NCBI GenBank assembly: GCA_040285855.1 | Contig: JAUFOQ010000002.1 | Coordinates: 1,178,001 to 1,242,000, forward strand | Reading direction: 5' to 3' | Length of the DNA: 64,000 nucleotides | From: Eukaryota sp. GEM-RC1 | Taxonomy: Eukaryota | Shown here: piece by piece, positions 13,067-25,479 of the stretch | How the letters are laid out: every line of letters starts with the position of its first letter | How positions within the stretch are numbered: position 1 is the stretch's first letter | The notes under the pieces: generated by a model | What the model was told of the DNA's origin: nothing | Database searches by the model: none | What the model saw: only the letters and a program-made list of their open reading frames with translations | Translations under genes and position numbers: made by a program

Positions 13067-13132
13067 TGTTAGTACTGGTACAGTACCCTTAAAATAAATT
13101 TACTTTACCTTCTCCCATGTCTACAGACAACA
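13067..13132 (+). repeat. 3' LTR (66 bp)
   Basis: Identical to 6477-6542; followed by TSD GTAT. Confidence 0.97.
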
Positions 13133-13136
13133 GTAT

Positions 13137-13565
13137 GAACGAATCTTCCTGCTCTTTTCGATCGCTGTTACTGGAGTTTTATGGGCAATTCCGGCTGGTC
13201 TTCCTAGATTGTCAATGGCTTTAATCACTATGATGTCATCAATCATATTTGTAGCAAAATCGCGACCTTATATTACTGATGTTATGAATAACGCGACCAT
13301 TATTTCAAATATTGTCTTGCTACTTTTGGTTTTCCAAGCTATCGTGATTGAACTAGCAAGGTTCACTCGGCATTACGTTTGGGATTCTGAATCTACCAGT
13401 ACTTTAGTCGTCGGACTACTGCCATTAATCTGGACAGTTTGCCTGGTAATCTTGGGGCTTAGGTCTTTTTTTTGATCAAAAATTGTTGAAGAACCAGTGA
13501 GTCCTGAATCCAAGAATGCTTTCAATACGAACCCTCTCATGAATCCAATCACGCAATTGCTTTAA
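13137..13565 (+). pseudogene. 3' part (last TM helices and tail) of the interrupted surface/multi-TM gene
   Basis: Removing the element and one TSD gives in-frame ...KMKY-ERIFLLFSIAVTG... continuing into ORF 13209-13475; probable indel in the T run at ~13470, stop at 13565. Confidence 0.85.
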
Positions 13566-14847
13566 TCAATCAATTTAATTTGATTGATTTAGGACTCACA
13601 TCAAGGTGCAGATATCAAATATTACCCGTATTGACATTTATTCTGTAAATTTCTTTTGGACATTCCATTTTTAGCTCGAAAACTTGTTATAAATTTCTTG
13701 GTTTCTATTTAAATTAAAACAAATCAGGCGTGTCACATCATCCTTGATGTTACACTACAACTTTATATCAAACAGATTCAAAAACAACCAAGATTTCCGT
13801 ACAAGAATGCGATATGATTGTCTTCAAAATTCTGATGTAAGTACTTTGACACCTCAGCGTCTCAGCATCTTTCAGTCGTTTGTTTGAAGCATTCAAGATA
13901 CTATGAACAAATGCATAGACAATTTGAGAGACATTTTCATTTTGACAAAAATGATTTTGTTATGGTTCATACCTAGACCTTTGCAAATCTTCAGCTATTC
14001 CGTTTGGTCAGAAAATGCCATTCTTCTTGTCTTTCTGACTTACATACCTAGATTTCCTCCATTTATCACTGTACGAGCAGCTCAGTCTTCTTTTAATTAA
14101 TGTTTCCGTTTCTAACACCGAAAGAGAGAGGTGTTAGAACCTCACATGAAATGACACTCGTACTCTAAACATTCATTTCTGCTCCTACAGTGTCAAATTT
14201 TCACTTCATCCGATGTACATCGTTTTCTCTGTTTCAACTACTTCGTTCCTGTTCTTGTTCCCTCTCTTCAATATGCTGATGGCGGGTCTGGTGATGACCT
14301 TTCCATTCTTCTAGTTTTTCAGTCCTCTCGTTGACTCTCTTCTTAATATCCTTTCTTCGGTACGTAATACCAATTGACACTCCCCAATCAATTTTGATCT
14401 TTGATTTTGACCGTTGATGTCTTTGGTGGATCAACTTTTGTTCTGACTTTGACTCAATTTTAGATGTCCCGAGGATATGTGGTATTTCCAAACATAAAAC
14501 ATAATCAGTGTTGATTTCCCGTTTGTCTCTAGTGACCAAGCAATTTCAATCAAATGTTTCAGTATATCACCCTCAAAAAGTGTACAGTGATTGTGATTGT
14601 GCTGGTTTACATCGGTCATTTGATGACGCTCAGTCTCGTTTACAATTAGATTCAGATTTTCAAACTTTTTGACTGTAAATATATCTCGCCAAATTTTTCC
14701 CTTTCAGAGTGCGTCTTCGATTGTCACCGTAATTACTTCTGAAGAAGAGATTGTCAATTTCTTTTGTTTAGTTTTACGTCATCTCTAGTGGTTCAGTTTA
14801 ATGATGGAAGTAATTTTCATCACTTAGAATTTCACTTAGTTCATAAG

Positions 14848-17615
14848 CATAGCTGTCAAATACAACCAACACGTGTTTGAAAAATACAAAAATACACACA
14901 AAAATACAAAAATACAAGTAATAAAAATTCATTTATTAAAAACAATAACTATTTGTTGTTTGTTGCTCAAATTATTGGAATATGCTACTTTCTAACAGAT
15001 TTTCGTCTTCTCTCATCTTCATAATACGTGATCTATTTTTACGCCGTGGCTTTCCAGCATCAGGGGAGAAACAATTCATTATTAGATCACTACTGTTGTT
15101 ATCAACAAGTTCCGCTAAAGGATCTTCATCTTCTTCTTGTCTTTCAGGTGAAGGATGAACAACCACAACTCTTTGATCTAGTTCAACGTCTTCTTCTGAT
15201 AGTGACAATCCTTCTACAATATCGATTCCGTCCGGCAATGCATCCATGTCTCTTAGATATTCGTCTATTTCTGACCTTCTATTACACCATTGTCTTGCCA
15301 TCATAAAAACTTGTTCCCTCTTCATTACATGGATGTCTCTCATCTCCACTCCAGTAAAACCATCAACCTGTTTTTCCAGCTGAGGAAGATTGAACTGAAC
15401 ATTTAGTGAAGCATCCAGAGTTTCATTACTTTGTGAGGATCTTCTTTTATCCATTTGCAGATCCAAACAAGACCAGTTACGCTCGGTCAGTGAGGCTGAT
15501 CCAGTGGCTGAAGTGATTCTTGCCGCAATGTGACAAAGGTTTGGGAAATACGACGCCACAGTATCAAGCCACCAATTATGAGGTGCTTGGTATCCTGATT
15601 GTCTTTTGAACATGTGATCTTCCCTAAATTTGCGGAACTCTTTTCTAAAAGAACTTGTTTTCCTGGAAAATTGTTCTCAAGAAAATCCTTCAAGCCCTGG
15701 TAGAGACGAGGATTGCTGAGATAAGCCAAATTTTTAGTCCTGAGCGCTGGATTCAAAATTCGTGCAAACATTACAGCATCAGTTGAAACGTATATAAGTC
15801 TAGCCGAAATGTGTTCAGCGATGTTATCATATCGGCCGTTGAATTCTTCCAGTGAAATATGTCGGTTGAATTCATACACACTTAACATTGCCTTCTTTAC
15901 TTCTTCGAAAAGACATGACATAGCAAAATGAGCGAAAGAAAGAAATGCCGGTCTGCAAGTATCAGCCAACCGCAGTAAATTTACTATGGGAGTACAAGCT
16001 CCAAGAAACAGTTCACTATCCTGCCAAAAACCATCTGACTTGATAATCTCAGAAACTTTGAGCCATGAATTATTTCGAATTCCTGAGATAAACTCTTGTT
16101 TGTCGACAACTTTTAGCAAACATTTCCTATTCCAAAGAATTGTTTCAACGAGGAGCACAACATAACAAAAGCGGGTAACTGGATAACTTCTCAACACTTT
16201 ACCTCCTGCTTCTTTCAACCAAGCAGCTGGTCTACTTTGGTTTTTGAAAACAGACAGAAGAACTTTCACCATGGAAACTATTCTCTGAATCCAAGGTTCT
16301 GAATTCAAATCATTTAAAAGTAGATTTAACGAGTGTGAGAAACAATGAGAAAGAAGGAACAGAGGTTTAAGTGGGGCATCATTCTGAACCTCAGAGTGGA
16401 ATAAATCTTTTGCTGAACTGTTGACACTAGCTCCATCGAATGCTAACATATAAAGATTTGGTGACCCGGTAAGTATCTCAGGACGTAGATGTGGATCAGT
16501 AGAGTAAATTGAGATCATAGTTTGAAGAAGATAAACAGCGCGGTCCAACACTTTTGCAATATGTTCGGCGTTTGCCGAATCACCTTCTAACGGGATAAAA
16601 CCCAAGTAGAAAGAATTTCCATTGCTAGATACAATGATATTGTGGATGGGAGAGGTTTTAGTCGAATAACCATCAACGGAAATCTCTGCTCCATATGCCA
16701 GCAATGAAGGTAAGAATTTGTCCCGAACTAGAGCGCTGACCTTATCAGCTATGGCAGGCAAATAATCGGAGGACAATTTACGCCGTGTGGGGCCTAAGTA
16801 GTCTTTAGGTACTTGACGTTGACGATGAGCCGTCGCAAAAGTCTTCAGAGCTTTTCGAAAATACTGATCATCCACTAACTGATGTGGTAAACCATTGGCT
16901 GCAACAGCCATAGCAAAGTCTTTGCCTATGGTGTCAATGGTGTCAGTTAAGGGGAAGAAGCTGTTAGTGCACTCCTCATCGCTCTCGGAAATAACAACTT
17001 CCTCGAGGATGTTTTTTCGTACAGATGACGAGAGTTCCTTGCTTTTTTTAACTTCCAGCTTATTGTTGCAGTATTTGAGAAGTTGAGAAATTTCAACAGT
17101 GTTCTGCCATCCGGAGCATCCAAGAAGATGACGTTTCGAAAAGCGGGTCGTGTTAGAGTTAGGAAAGACACAACGGCAGCCAAAGCAAAAGACATCATAT
17201 TGGGAGGTCCCTTTGGGGTTGCTGACAGCAACCATACTCCAAAGAGGATTCCCACCCTTGACGTGACGTAAAGAATAGTTGACAGGGGGGGTTTTTACTA
17301 GGAGAGGGTTGTATCATAATTGTTGAGAGAAGTAATTTACCAACTGTATTTGCAGTGGCAGAGATGTTACAGCAACAACTAGAATCAAATTTATGAACCA
17401 ATGCCGTTAGTTGATTGATCTACACATACTAACCATGGCTTTCAACGGTTTAGATAGTACAATCAGAGAAATGTTGAAGTCTAGCGAAATTCGTTCAAAA
17501 AATACAAAAATACAAAAATACAAAAAATACACTTTTGAGACACAGTTGTATTTTACAAAAACACAAAAATACACTAAAAATACAAAAATACACAAAAGTG
17601 TATTTTTCAGCTATG
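14848..17615 (-). mobile_element. hAT DNA transposon 1 (2768 bp)
   Basis: 16-bp TIR CATAGCTGnnAAATAC (2 mismatches), perfect 8-bp TSD TTCATAAG (14840-14847, 17616-17623), AAAATAC subterminal repeats. Confidence 0.96.
14972..17235 (-). CDS. hAT transposase (frameshifted; true start probably slightly upstream)
   Basis: BED-like CxxC...H...C, SVDGYS, FDGAS, HCFSH, and WW...ASLTERNWS dimerization motif across ORFs 15487-17235 and 14972-15613. Confidence 0.92.
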
Positions 17616-18688
17616 TTCATAAGTACATCTTTTACTAGTATTTGAATTGCCATTATTACTATCAATCACAATTAAATTACAATGGAACCTTTTTTCAAGA
17701 ACCTATCATATTTGATGAACAGTTTGTTTGCTTTTAATATTTAAATCAATGATTAATTAAAATTCAAAGTATACGATCGCTACTATTTCACATTCTTCGC
17801 GAGTAAAACCAGTCTTCGACGCTTACTTAGTATCAAACTATTTAAAAGAGAACAATCACACTACTTTTGAAAATGATTTTGGTAATACTGCTTCAATTTT
17901 TGAATTGTATCACTAATCTGAAAAAATTAATTGGTAAATCACAATGGCACGTCATCGTTACGATTTAGTAGAAGTGAAGCAGTTGCCATTATGTTGAACA
18001 TACTTATGTTTGTTATCAACAGTAACTGCACCGTACATTTCCAGAAAATGACCCTTAATTTCAACTAAAATAGCTATGTCTTAATCGGTCTAATTTCAAA
18101 TTCCAATCGCTTCAGTACTATATGACTTTACTAAAAGAATCAACAACTGATGTGGCAAGTTTAAGTTCTGCAAAAAAAGATGAATATAATCTCGAACCAC
18201 ACTGGACCAAAACATGATGTCCTAGAATGTTGGTGGACGCCTATGACTGTTGCATTCATTCTTAAAGAAGATTTGGTTTCATAGTGAAGACCATCTGCAT
18301 CATCTTACAAGTATGTTCTAGGACATTTGTGTCCTTACATGTAGTGACAATCAGGGAAACGTTAAGAATTTTGCGATCTAAATAGTTGATCGGAAGAAAC
18401 TGAACATATTTAGTCAAATAGTGAGTGACATATTTAATGTCACGGAAGACTTTCAATTCTGCTGCACTGTGCTGCAAGTTTAGACACATTTCCAGGCTGA
18501 GAAGTCGGCTCACGATTCATGAATCGTGAAAATCAAATAGAATAATCTCAAAGGTTGATTCTCATGATGTATCAGAAGAAATCTTAGCACGAGTGTTATC
18601 AACAAGTGGATAATAAGAAATAACATCATCCGAGGTGGGTGACAAGACTTCAAATCCAACTTCGTAGGTTTCAAATGACTCACCCATC

Positions 18689-19400
18689 TCATCTAACAAC
18701 AATCCAGCACAATTCTCGACAGGAGTTAGAGGATGATAAACGATCAGTTTCGACATTCAGGATTTTCACTCGGGAACTGCCGAAGAATTTTTGGAGAGGC
18801 AAACAAAATAAGAAAGGGCCTAGCGGGTCTCCCTGTTTTACACCTCGAGTTGAAGAAATGGTGTGTTCATTTAACATAAGTGAAGATGGGTGACCATATA
18901 TAATTTCAAAATATGCGACCAATTCAGGAAAATGATTTACAAGTTGGTCATATATTTGAGACCGATAAACACAATTAAAAGCATTTTTGTAATCTACATT
19001 AAGAACAAAATTTTCCAAATTTGAATACAAAAAAAGATCTGTCATAAGAGCAGTAATATTTGTACCGTCAACAATCCGAATACAGTATTGAAAAGGTCCA
19101 AAATATTCTACCGCCTTTGCTTGAACTCTGTTAAAACAAATTGATGAAAGTAGCGACCAAACGGATATGTTTTAAAGCAATAGAAAATTTGTTAGGTTGG
19201 GAACTGATAAGATGAAAAATTACAGTCTTCAGCGATTTCAGGGGCATGAGAAATGGCAATCTTAAGATGATCAAAACTAAGACCAGAGGGACCGGCCGAT
19301 TATCCACTTTTGTTGGCCTTTTGGACTTCTAACACTAAAATGAGTGCCTTTGACCAGTAGTTAGGCAACGTTGCAAGAGGTGATAAAGGCTCTTCAAACG
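18689..19400 (-). pseudogene. Degenerate non-LTR reverse transcriptase fragment (CRE-like)
   Basis: VDYKNAFN and RGVKQGDPLGPFLF motifs; upstream degenerate GPSGL and GPFQY segments; truncated before the YxDD motif. Confidence 0.85.
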
Positions 19401-20425
19401 GATGAAGAAATTATATTACAAAAGGTGAGACTAGTTTTCAATCGGAGTTCAATTTACCATGATTAGTGTAGTAAAATTTGAAAGACTATGTGAAGCCGTC
19501 GGGTCGGGTCACGACGGGACAAAGTCTAGTTAAAATCATACTTGGGTATCACAGTTTTTTGAATTTTGTGATACCTGTGAATCACACATATCACATCACA
19601 ACATCACATCTACAGTGTGATATGTGTGATAATTGAGGTATATCACATCACAAATACAGATGAAACTGATCTTACTCAATAAAACCTTATATAAACAAGA
19701 GGCAACCTAAATATACAACTAAATATACATAAATTCACAAAATTGACTAAATGCACAAAAACAAACACGACAATTCTTGATGACGTTTGGAGTTTCCTTC
19801 CTTCTCCTGTTCTTTAATCTGCTTCTTCTATAATTGTCTTTCTTATGACTGTCCCCCCTAGCAACTGTTCCTCCCTTGTTTGTGTTTGATACTAAAGACG
19901 AGCTGCAGAATTTTTGAGGCAACAGGACACAGTGGAAGAACTTGCTCTAGAAGAAAAGATTTGACCCTGAACTTGCTAGACATATGGCATGAACAGAAGA
20001 CTAGGTTATAGCTAGAGTGTTCTGCACTTTTCTTCTTCTAGTTCAAATAAACCACTTCGCTGTCATTCTATGTAACCATAACACACACATCGTTCACCTG
20101 AAAACGAAATCCAGATGCTTTTGGACAACAAGCTTGTAAGTGTCATCTTAAAGCCCAAAAGTTGTTTAAAAGGAACACTTCCTCCACATCGCCATGGGAT
20201 TTGCTCTTTGGGGATACATCACTGACAACGTTTCTTTGCAACTGTTGTTTTGGATGTTCTACACACCAACTTCATTCGGAGATGAGATTCTACTTGACAT
20301 TTTGCTGGGGAAAGTGTTGTCAATCACTTGTGATTGCACTTCAGCAATCACAGATTTATGACCTCATGAAATATTTTTGTCGCGCGACAAAAAATTGTCG
20401 TGTTGGTATTTTGTATACTCTAAAA

Positions 20426-23385
20426 CATAGATGGGAAATACGAAATACATGTATTCTGTGTATTCTGTATTCTGTATTTGTATTTGTATTAATACAAGGC
20501 CCTAATTTGTATTTTTTTGGTATTATTAAATGTACTATTACGTAGTCTTAGTTTATATGTATTTTTACACAATGAACGTTTGTGTACCAAATTAATGTTT
20601 GATACCCGAATAAATTTCCCTTTCTGTAAAAGTAGGTACATAAACAATTCTATTTCTTATGCTTCCTGACTCAACACCACTTGCCCCCCTCTCCGACTAT
20701 ACTGTCTACAACTCAACTGCGTGGATATACACGCAACAACGTTATCTCCGACAACCCTATATGGAATATGTGTTTCGTCAAAAACAAAAAAAATTCTACA
20801 AACATGGATATCTTGTGTGGTGGTTGTCGGTTGGAGTTCCCGAAGACAAATGCTACCCGTTGGGGAAAAGCAAATGGTCACCTCCTTTCCTGCAGCAAGT
20901 GGCGCAATACCAAAGAGATGAGTCAGCTGTTGAAATACAGACAAGGCAAGTCGGATAACGCTGAGTTAGCGAAGTTAAGAACAACAGAAGCAAAAGCATT
21001 AGTAAACACGGTTGCTTCAGATACTTGTGATCCGGTAAAACCACTGTTTTCACCGAAATCTGTACAAGACATGGTTGACAGAGAGTTCTGTCTGGCATTT
21101 GTGACTGGCGGCATCCCTTTTTCTTTCGCAGACTCTCATCTTTTCAGGCAAGCCTTGCAAAACTTTGCTCAAGTGCACAGAGCTAGACAAGTCCCCCACA
21201 CCTACACTGGGCCCAATCGGAAATCTCTGTTTACGCGCCATCTTCCCCATATTCAATACAAAATTGAAGACATGATCTCCACAAACTTTATTCCGAGTCT
21301 GCTTATGTATTCTGTTGAGATTTCAATTGACGGATATTCAACCAAATGTTCCCCGCGTCATAACATTATCATCGCGTCAAATGGTCGCTCACTCTTTCTT
21401 GGATGTATCCCTACACTTTCAGCTGACCGAAATGCCGACCATCTGAAACAGATAATGCAGTATGCTCTTCACCAAATTGATTCAATGGTTGATAGACACG
21501 CAGATAAAGAACTTCAAGATCTGTTTCCACAATCTGTACTTATGCAGAGAGCGAAAAATATTTTATGGTTATCTTTAGATGGAGCGTCTGTCAATTGCTC
21601 TGCAGCTGGCCAATTGGGTGATTCTCAAATTGTTTTATATTGTCACTGCATTACTCACTCAATCAATTTATTACTTAAAGATTGTTTAAATGAATCTTGG
21701 ATAAAAATCTTGTCCCTACAGTAAAAAATTTACTTTCTGTATTCAAGAACAAAGCCCAAGTTGCTTCTTGGCTTAACGAAGTCGGTGGTAAAGCTTTATG
21801 TAGTTACCCTGTCACCAGATTTGCATATTTTCTGTTATCGGTAGAGAAAATAGCAAGAAATAGGCCATATATGATTACGGTTGTACTTAGTGAGGTCTTT
21901 ACAACAAAGATTTCTAAAGTAAGTGCCCAGGAAAGACTGAAACTGACGACGGCAAGAGACATCGTATTGGGTGAATCGGGATACGATAAGTTTTGGTTGG
22001 ATGCTTTTATATTCATTGAAATTTGCTCTCCATTTATGAATATTTTACGTTTAAGTGATGGATGTCCGCCTGGATTTGCTGCATTTGCTCACTTTGCGTT
22101 AACAGTTGCTCGAGGCCGAATGAAAAAATCATTTGTTAAAGTCATGGATAATCATACCATTTCATCCTCTTACACTGAAGCTGACTTACATGATCGGATC
22201 AACGCTCTTGATAACCATGTGGTGTCACGTATAGTGTATATATCCACACCAGCAATTATGATTGGGCGAATTTTGAATCCTGAACTTAGAAAGAGAATGC
22301 TCAATTCTTTGGAAATGTGGAATTAATTCAGCCAGTATTGAAACTGTTCGAAAAATTCCCAGAATCAAAGAAAAACCTTGAAGACGAATTTCGATTGTAT
22401 CGCAACAAGCCGCTCCTTTTGGCCACCGAAGCTGTCAACATGCCTCCTCACCAGTGGTGGGCAGAAGCGGCATATCAATATTTTCCAACTTTATCTATAG
22501 TGGCAGCCAGAATTACTCAAGCATCCGGTTCTGCTTCAATGACAGAGAGGAACTGGAGTTTTCTTGACTATCAATTGGATAAGCGTAGATTACGATTGTC
22601 TAATGATAGTATTGATGCATTGTTGAGTGTACAGTTCAATTTTCCAGCGCTATCAAAAGATGAAAATGTCATGACATATCAGAAGCTCACACAATGTTTC
22701 GACCAACCCAAAGGAGAAGCTTCCAAACTGAATCAAGCTTGGTGCAACACACGAGCTGAAATTGACCAGGTATTGATGGACAATGATGCTATTCAAGTTT
22801 TAGGAGATGAAATAGAAGACTTTGATTTATCTCATGTAGAAGAGGACATTGTAAACTGTGACATCATTGAGGAAGTGGAATTAATGTTAGTACGGGATTT
22901 AGTAGATTGGATATCTATTGAGGGAGAGGAGGTAGTTACAATAGAAGATGAGATCAACGAAGATGCTGATGAACAGTTGTATTTTGCGTGTGTTTCGCCC
23001 CAGGCTGGACAAAAAGGATACGTGGGAAGAACAAAACCGGAGATGTTGAGTCTACTGGTAGATGAAGTTGTTTCTTGTTCAGTTCATTATTATTTTGAGT
23101 GCTCACTCACTCTGTATCATAATCCGTAGTTTTTGGTGAGTTTCTATGGTATACAAATAGGTTTCAACTTGTCCCAACGTGAAAACGCTGTAAAGTAGAA
23201 ACTTTCTCATAACACTGAAGTTGAATATTTTATATGGTCTTATCGAAGTAACACACATGTTTGCACCTGAAATACAATTGAAATACACTCACGTGATAGA
23301 GATAGTGTATTTGTATTCGATGTATTTGTATTTGTATTTGTATTTGTATTAATACAGAGGCATGAAGTTGTATTTCCCATCTATG
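20426..23385 (+). mobile_element. hAT DNA transposon 2 (2960 bp)
   Basis: Perfect 16-bp TIR CATAGATGGGAAATAC, perfect 8-bp TSD CTCTAAAA (20418-20425, 23386-23393), TGTATT subterminal repeats. Confidence 0.97.
20659..23129 (+). CDS. hAT transposase (frameshifted), homologous to that of hAT 1
   Basis: ORFs 20681-21724, 21697-22326, 22317-23129 carry a BED-like finger, SIDGYS, LDGAS, HCITH, YPVTRF and WW...ASMTERNWS. Confidence 0.92.
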
Positions 23386-25479
23386 CTCTAAAACATCTAA
23401 TACAACGCCACCCCCAAACCCCAAAAATTAGGGGGTGGCGCTCTATTAGATTTATGACCTGTCTGCTGACTTCTGGGATTTTTGACCGTCGGTTTGAAAT
23501 TTCTGAATTCGTCTTGACAAGTCAAATTCTTTTTGATCTTTTGCTCCAGTCAATCTTTTTATTGACCCTCATTTATGACCTTCCCTTTCTTCTCTCTTAT
23601 GTCCTTCTTGTTCTAGCGTATATCTCGCCATTGTGATTCACGTTCCTCCTTGTTCTCCTTCTACATCCTTTCTTTACACTCTATGCCACCTTGAAAAGGT
23701 TTATGAAATATTGCTTGCGGAAATATTGATACGGAAGTTCTGGTGGAGTAACTTCATTCTGACCCTATTTGGACATGAAAGAGTGAAGAAGAGACATGAT
23801 CATCTCGCTTCAACCTAATGACATGATTCATCTTTCAAGCATCTGCCTAGGTACGTTGTATCACCCCTCCTCTCTGAGTAGTTAGAGTGATACATCTCCA
23901 GATACTACGAGAACGGATCTACATCTTCCATCGCCCCTTCTATTTCCCTATCAATTTGGGTTTGTTCTTTGGCTTCATGGTAGTTCTGTATAGTTTCTTG
24001 TAGGTTCTCCCCATAAACACGATTCAATAAGGTTGTTTATCATAAATATATCTTCCGTCTACGTCTACGTTATAGCGTTGGTTTAGACCATGTGTTATGC
24101 TCTTTTAGGGAACTCTTTTGGAGTGTATGGAGGGTTGCTAGATAAAAAGTTCTTGTGGTACGTCAATCAACATCCTACAGGGTTTTGATGGAGTTACATT
24201 TGTTAGAAGCTGTAACACCAAAGATAATCTGAAATGAGCAAGATGTGAAAGGGATGATGTTGACGAGGCAGCTAAGGCGGGGATGTCAGGGGTATCAAAG
24301 GAAATATGTCCGGTATATGTGAAGTCAAGAAAGAAGATAATACACCTTCAAGTTGCTGATCAAAAGATGTTATCAGAATGAACGCCAGCAATACGACAGT
24401 TTATTACCAAAGAGAACTACTGATAGAGGCGACAGTCAGGATGTCATATGGGACAAAGAGGAGCAAAATGTCGGACCGTGAAAAGTGCACCCAAACGCTA
24501 TATAGAGTTTCACGCTATAAACAGTTTAGACTGTATTATCGCTAGCAACAGTTCATTCATTTCGGTTCATGAACGACAAAGTACATGTGGAGTTTTGGAG
24601 TTTGATAAGAAAATGTTGTCAAATGTGACGTTTGACATATAGGATGAACAGATTTCATCGGAATCAGATGTTATGATAGCCTGTTACAGTATAGAGAGAC
24701 ATTGTTGTATGATCATGAACATTATTTATAAGACTGGCTAAATATAGGTTCTTTGAATCACGTTATCAACATATAATTCGACAGTGACGTGCATATACAA
24801 TAGTACTTGTAGTACTTTTCATGAGTAACAACTGTAGTGTTGATAAGAGTGAACGGATAATCAGATCTGAAAAATCTTCTACTGACAATTTCTCGCTCTG
24901 ACTTTCAGAGATGAGTTTCTGAACGTTTTGATTCTGATTCTACCTTCTCCAGAATGATGACCCTATAGATGTTCACTCTGAATCAAGCATCGTTATTATA
25001 CCAGTACTTATGATTTCTTTTCATTATCATGTCCTATGAATGCGTTGTACTACTACAAGTAGAACCACAAGGAGCTACAGTTGTACGAGTAGCACTAATG
25101 CGACTATGAACCTCTTAGGAAACAACCTATCTTTTCATAAATCACAATGTAATGTACCGATTTCTATGTTAATCTTGGAGCTTCTTATACACTGGAATCA
25201 TGATAACCTTTTATAGTATAGAGAGACATTGTTGTAGGATCACGAGTAAAAACCGAGTCTATACTTGAGCAGGCACATAACAATTCTTTATAGAAATATA
25301 CTACAGAAATAAACTGTTCATCGTACAGGAACAAAATCGATCTCTTGCTGAATGAATCCTAGAGACCTAGAGTCACAAAACAGGAGTTCGCTTCAAGTGC
25401 ATCTTCAGTGAAAGAAAAGGCTGACTTTGCACGAAGGTGAAGATCTGATAGAAGCAGGTCGGTTATCGAAGAATCAGTG

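Larger units (their letters stand above)
6477..13132 (+). mobile_element. Full-length Ty3/gypsy (chromovirus-like) LTR retrotransposon, 6656 bp
   Basis: Identical 66-bp LTRs TGTT...AACA, 4-bp TSD GTAT (6473-6476, 13133-13136), PPT, domain order Gag-PR-RT-RH-IN. Confidence 0.97.

Noticed and set aside
14110..14139. Hairpin TTCTAACACC...GGTGTTAGAA
   Set aside because: Single 10-bp stem with no TSD or second copy; may be chance.
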